Notes under the pieces: generated by a model
What the model was told of the DNA's origin: nothing
Database searches by the model: none
The model's input: only the letters and a program-made list of their open reading frames with translations
Assembly: GCA_963693365.1 (NCBI GenBank)
Contig: CAVNZM010000019.1
Span: forward strand, 1 to 64,000
Length of the DNA stretch: 64,000 nucleotides
Origin: Amoebidium appalachense
Lineage: Eukaryota > Protista > Ichthyosporea
Direction: 5' to 3'
Position numbers and translations under genes: made by a program
Shown here: piece after piece, positions 32,654-64,000 of the stretch
Numbering within the stretch: position 1 is the stretch's first letter
How the letters are laid out: each line of letters begins with the position of its first letter

Positions 32654-32850
32654 TAGTGGGTAGCAGCCAGGGTATATAAAGTAGGGGGGCTCTTGTGCCA
32701 TCAACTACAACACTTAGCTGGCATCACTGCCGATGTAAGTAGACACACTAGAGCTCAGTAGTGTGCGGGTTGGGGCTAGCGTGAAGCCGTCCATCAACCC
32801 CCCTTCATCATTCTCAAATACATACGCAGCACATAGTGACGATAAAACAC
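32649..32850 (+). repeat. Inverted partial copy of the 28440-28655 promoter/5'UTR
   Basis: TATATAAA at 32673 and GTAAGT..CGCAG intron at 32735-32829. Roughly 90% identical by eye to the reverse complement of the left arm. Confidence 0.9.
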
Positions 32851-33437
32851 ACGTGTCTTCACTCTGGCAAACTATATGTAGTATACAGTTACTAGCGGAT
32901 AACAAACAGTTACCATATATAGCAGTTATGAGGCGGACTTAAAGGTCTTAGTTCGCCAATTGCAAGTCCTTACGGGGCCTGGGGGACCCATTTTCAATCA
33001 ACAGAGTGTTGTTTATTAGCCACTAGTTGAACACGTGCGCATGCACTGGCGTTAACCACTCGTGTTTTTCTTTCTTTCTAGTAATTCTGACTGTTTTCTG
33101 TTTCTTTAACCCCTCTTTTCCCCCCTTTTTTCTTTCCCCCTTTAAATATGGATTCTGAAACTTGCGGGGCATGATAATGTACACGCACACATGCACTGGG
33201 AAAAAGCAATAATAATATGCATGAACATGTACAAGCACCGTGGAAAGCCCCCCTCCCCCCTCCCCCCCCCGCCCGCCCACACACACATGTACATGTACAC
33301 ACACACAAGCACACCGTGTATACCACCCCCCCCCCCCCCCCCTCCCCCCAACACACACACACACGTACACACACACCGTGTATACCCCCCCCCCCCCCCC
33401 TCCCCCCAACACACACACACACAACCACACCGTGTAT

Positions 33438-33473
<36 letters not shown>

Positions 33474-33600
33474 CGGGTGATAGCTAAGACTTCAAGCTAT
33501 ATCGCTTTCTCCGCGGACGGCCTCTTTAACACACCCACACACACACACCCACAGAGAGAGAGAGAGAGGGAGGGAGAGAGGGATAGAGGGATAGAGGGAT

Positions 33601-33637
<37 letters not shown>

Positions 33638-34040
33638 TTGAGAGAGTGTGTGTGAGTAAGAGGGGGGAAGGGGGCGGGGCCGAGAGGAAAGAGGGAGGGA
33701 TCTCGTACTCGTTTCAGGCTACACATTCTCTACATCATCCTTTTTATTACATTATTCTATAATACTAAAATACTACATTATATATCATGTTGGTGGAAAC
33801 AACAGCACACAACGGCATACCAGTACCCAGCACCGTGGGTCTCAACGTGTGGGTTAGGGACCCTTAAGGACACTGTCGGCATTTATAAAAGCACTGCAGA
33901 ACTCTTAAAGCAACATAAACAATGATCTCGACATAACATTGAATGATATAATTCTACTATGTTCCAATAATTGCCGTAGCACTAGCAGCTCATGGAGAGG
34001 CTGCTTTAATAATCATGATGCTATATTTAGCAATTTAGCA

Positions 34041-64000
<29,960 letters not shown>

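Noticed and set aside
28440-32850. DIRS-type element with inverted terminal repeats
   Set aside because: An aspartic protease and Gypsy-type RT are present, no tyrosine recombinase is seen, and RT is cut at the repeat.

Overview
Eukaryotic, intron-rich genomic DNA, crowded with poly-G/poly-C and (CA)n/(GA)n tracts; most ORFs in the supplied track are microsatellite artefacts. The domain content would fit a unicellular holozoan-like organism, but that is inference only. Main contents: (1) gene A, a minus-strand secreted protein (signal peptide, 3 PAN/Apple, 2 EGF, Thr-rich stalk, unassigned C-terminal domain), present twice in an ~8.1-kb direct duplication (2528-10623 and 19615-27787), with two +1 frameshifts in the left copy; (2) a near-complete APE-RT LINE (12563-16981, minus) plus fragments of related LINEs; (3) a decayed Ty3/Gypsy gag-protease-RT remnant interrupted by a tRNA-derived SINE and bracketed by ~210-bp inverted copies of a promoter/5'UTR; (4) gene B, a giant minus-strand gene (34041 to beyond 64000, about 40 exons) encoding WSC, 9 PAN, EGF-like, lectin/PA14-like, vWD (GDPH), SdrD-B-like and mucin-like modules, ending in the same C-terminal domain as gene A. 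Most notable signal: the non-LTR retroelements here end in A(A)AC-oligo(C), not poly(A), and three 5'-truncated copies of one family sit in poly-G tracts, one with a clear target duplication. This suggests a poly(C)-tailed, G-run-primed retrotransposon system. All coordinates and translations were read by hand.
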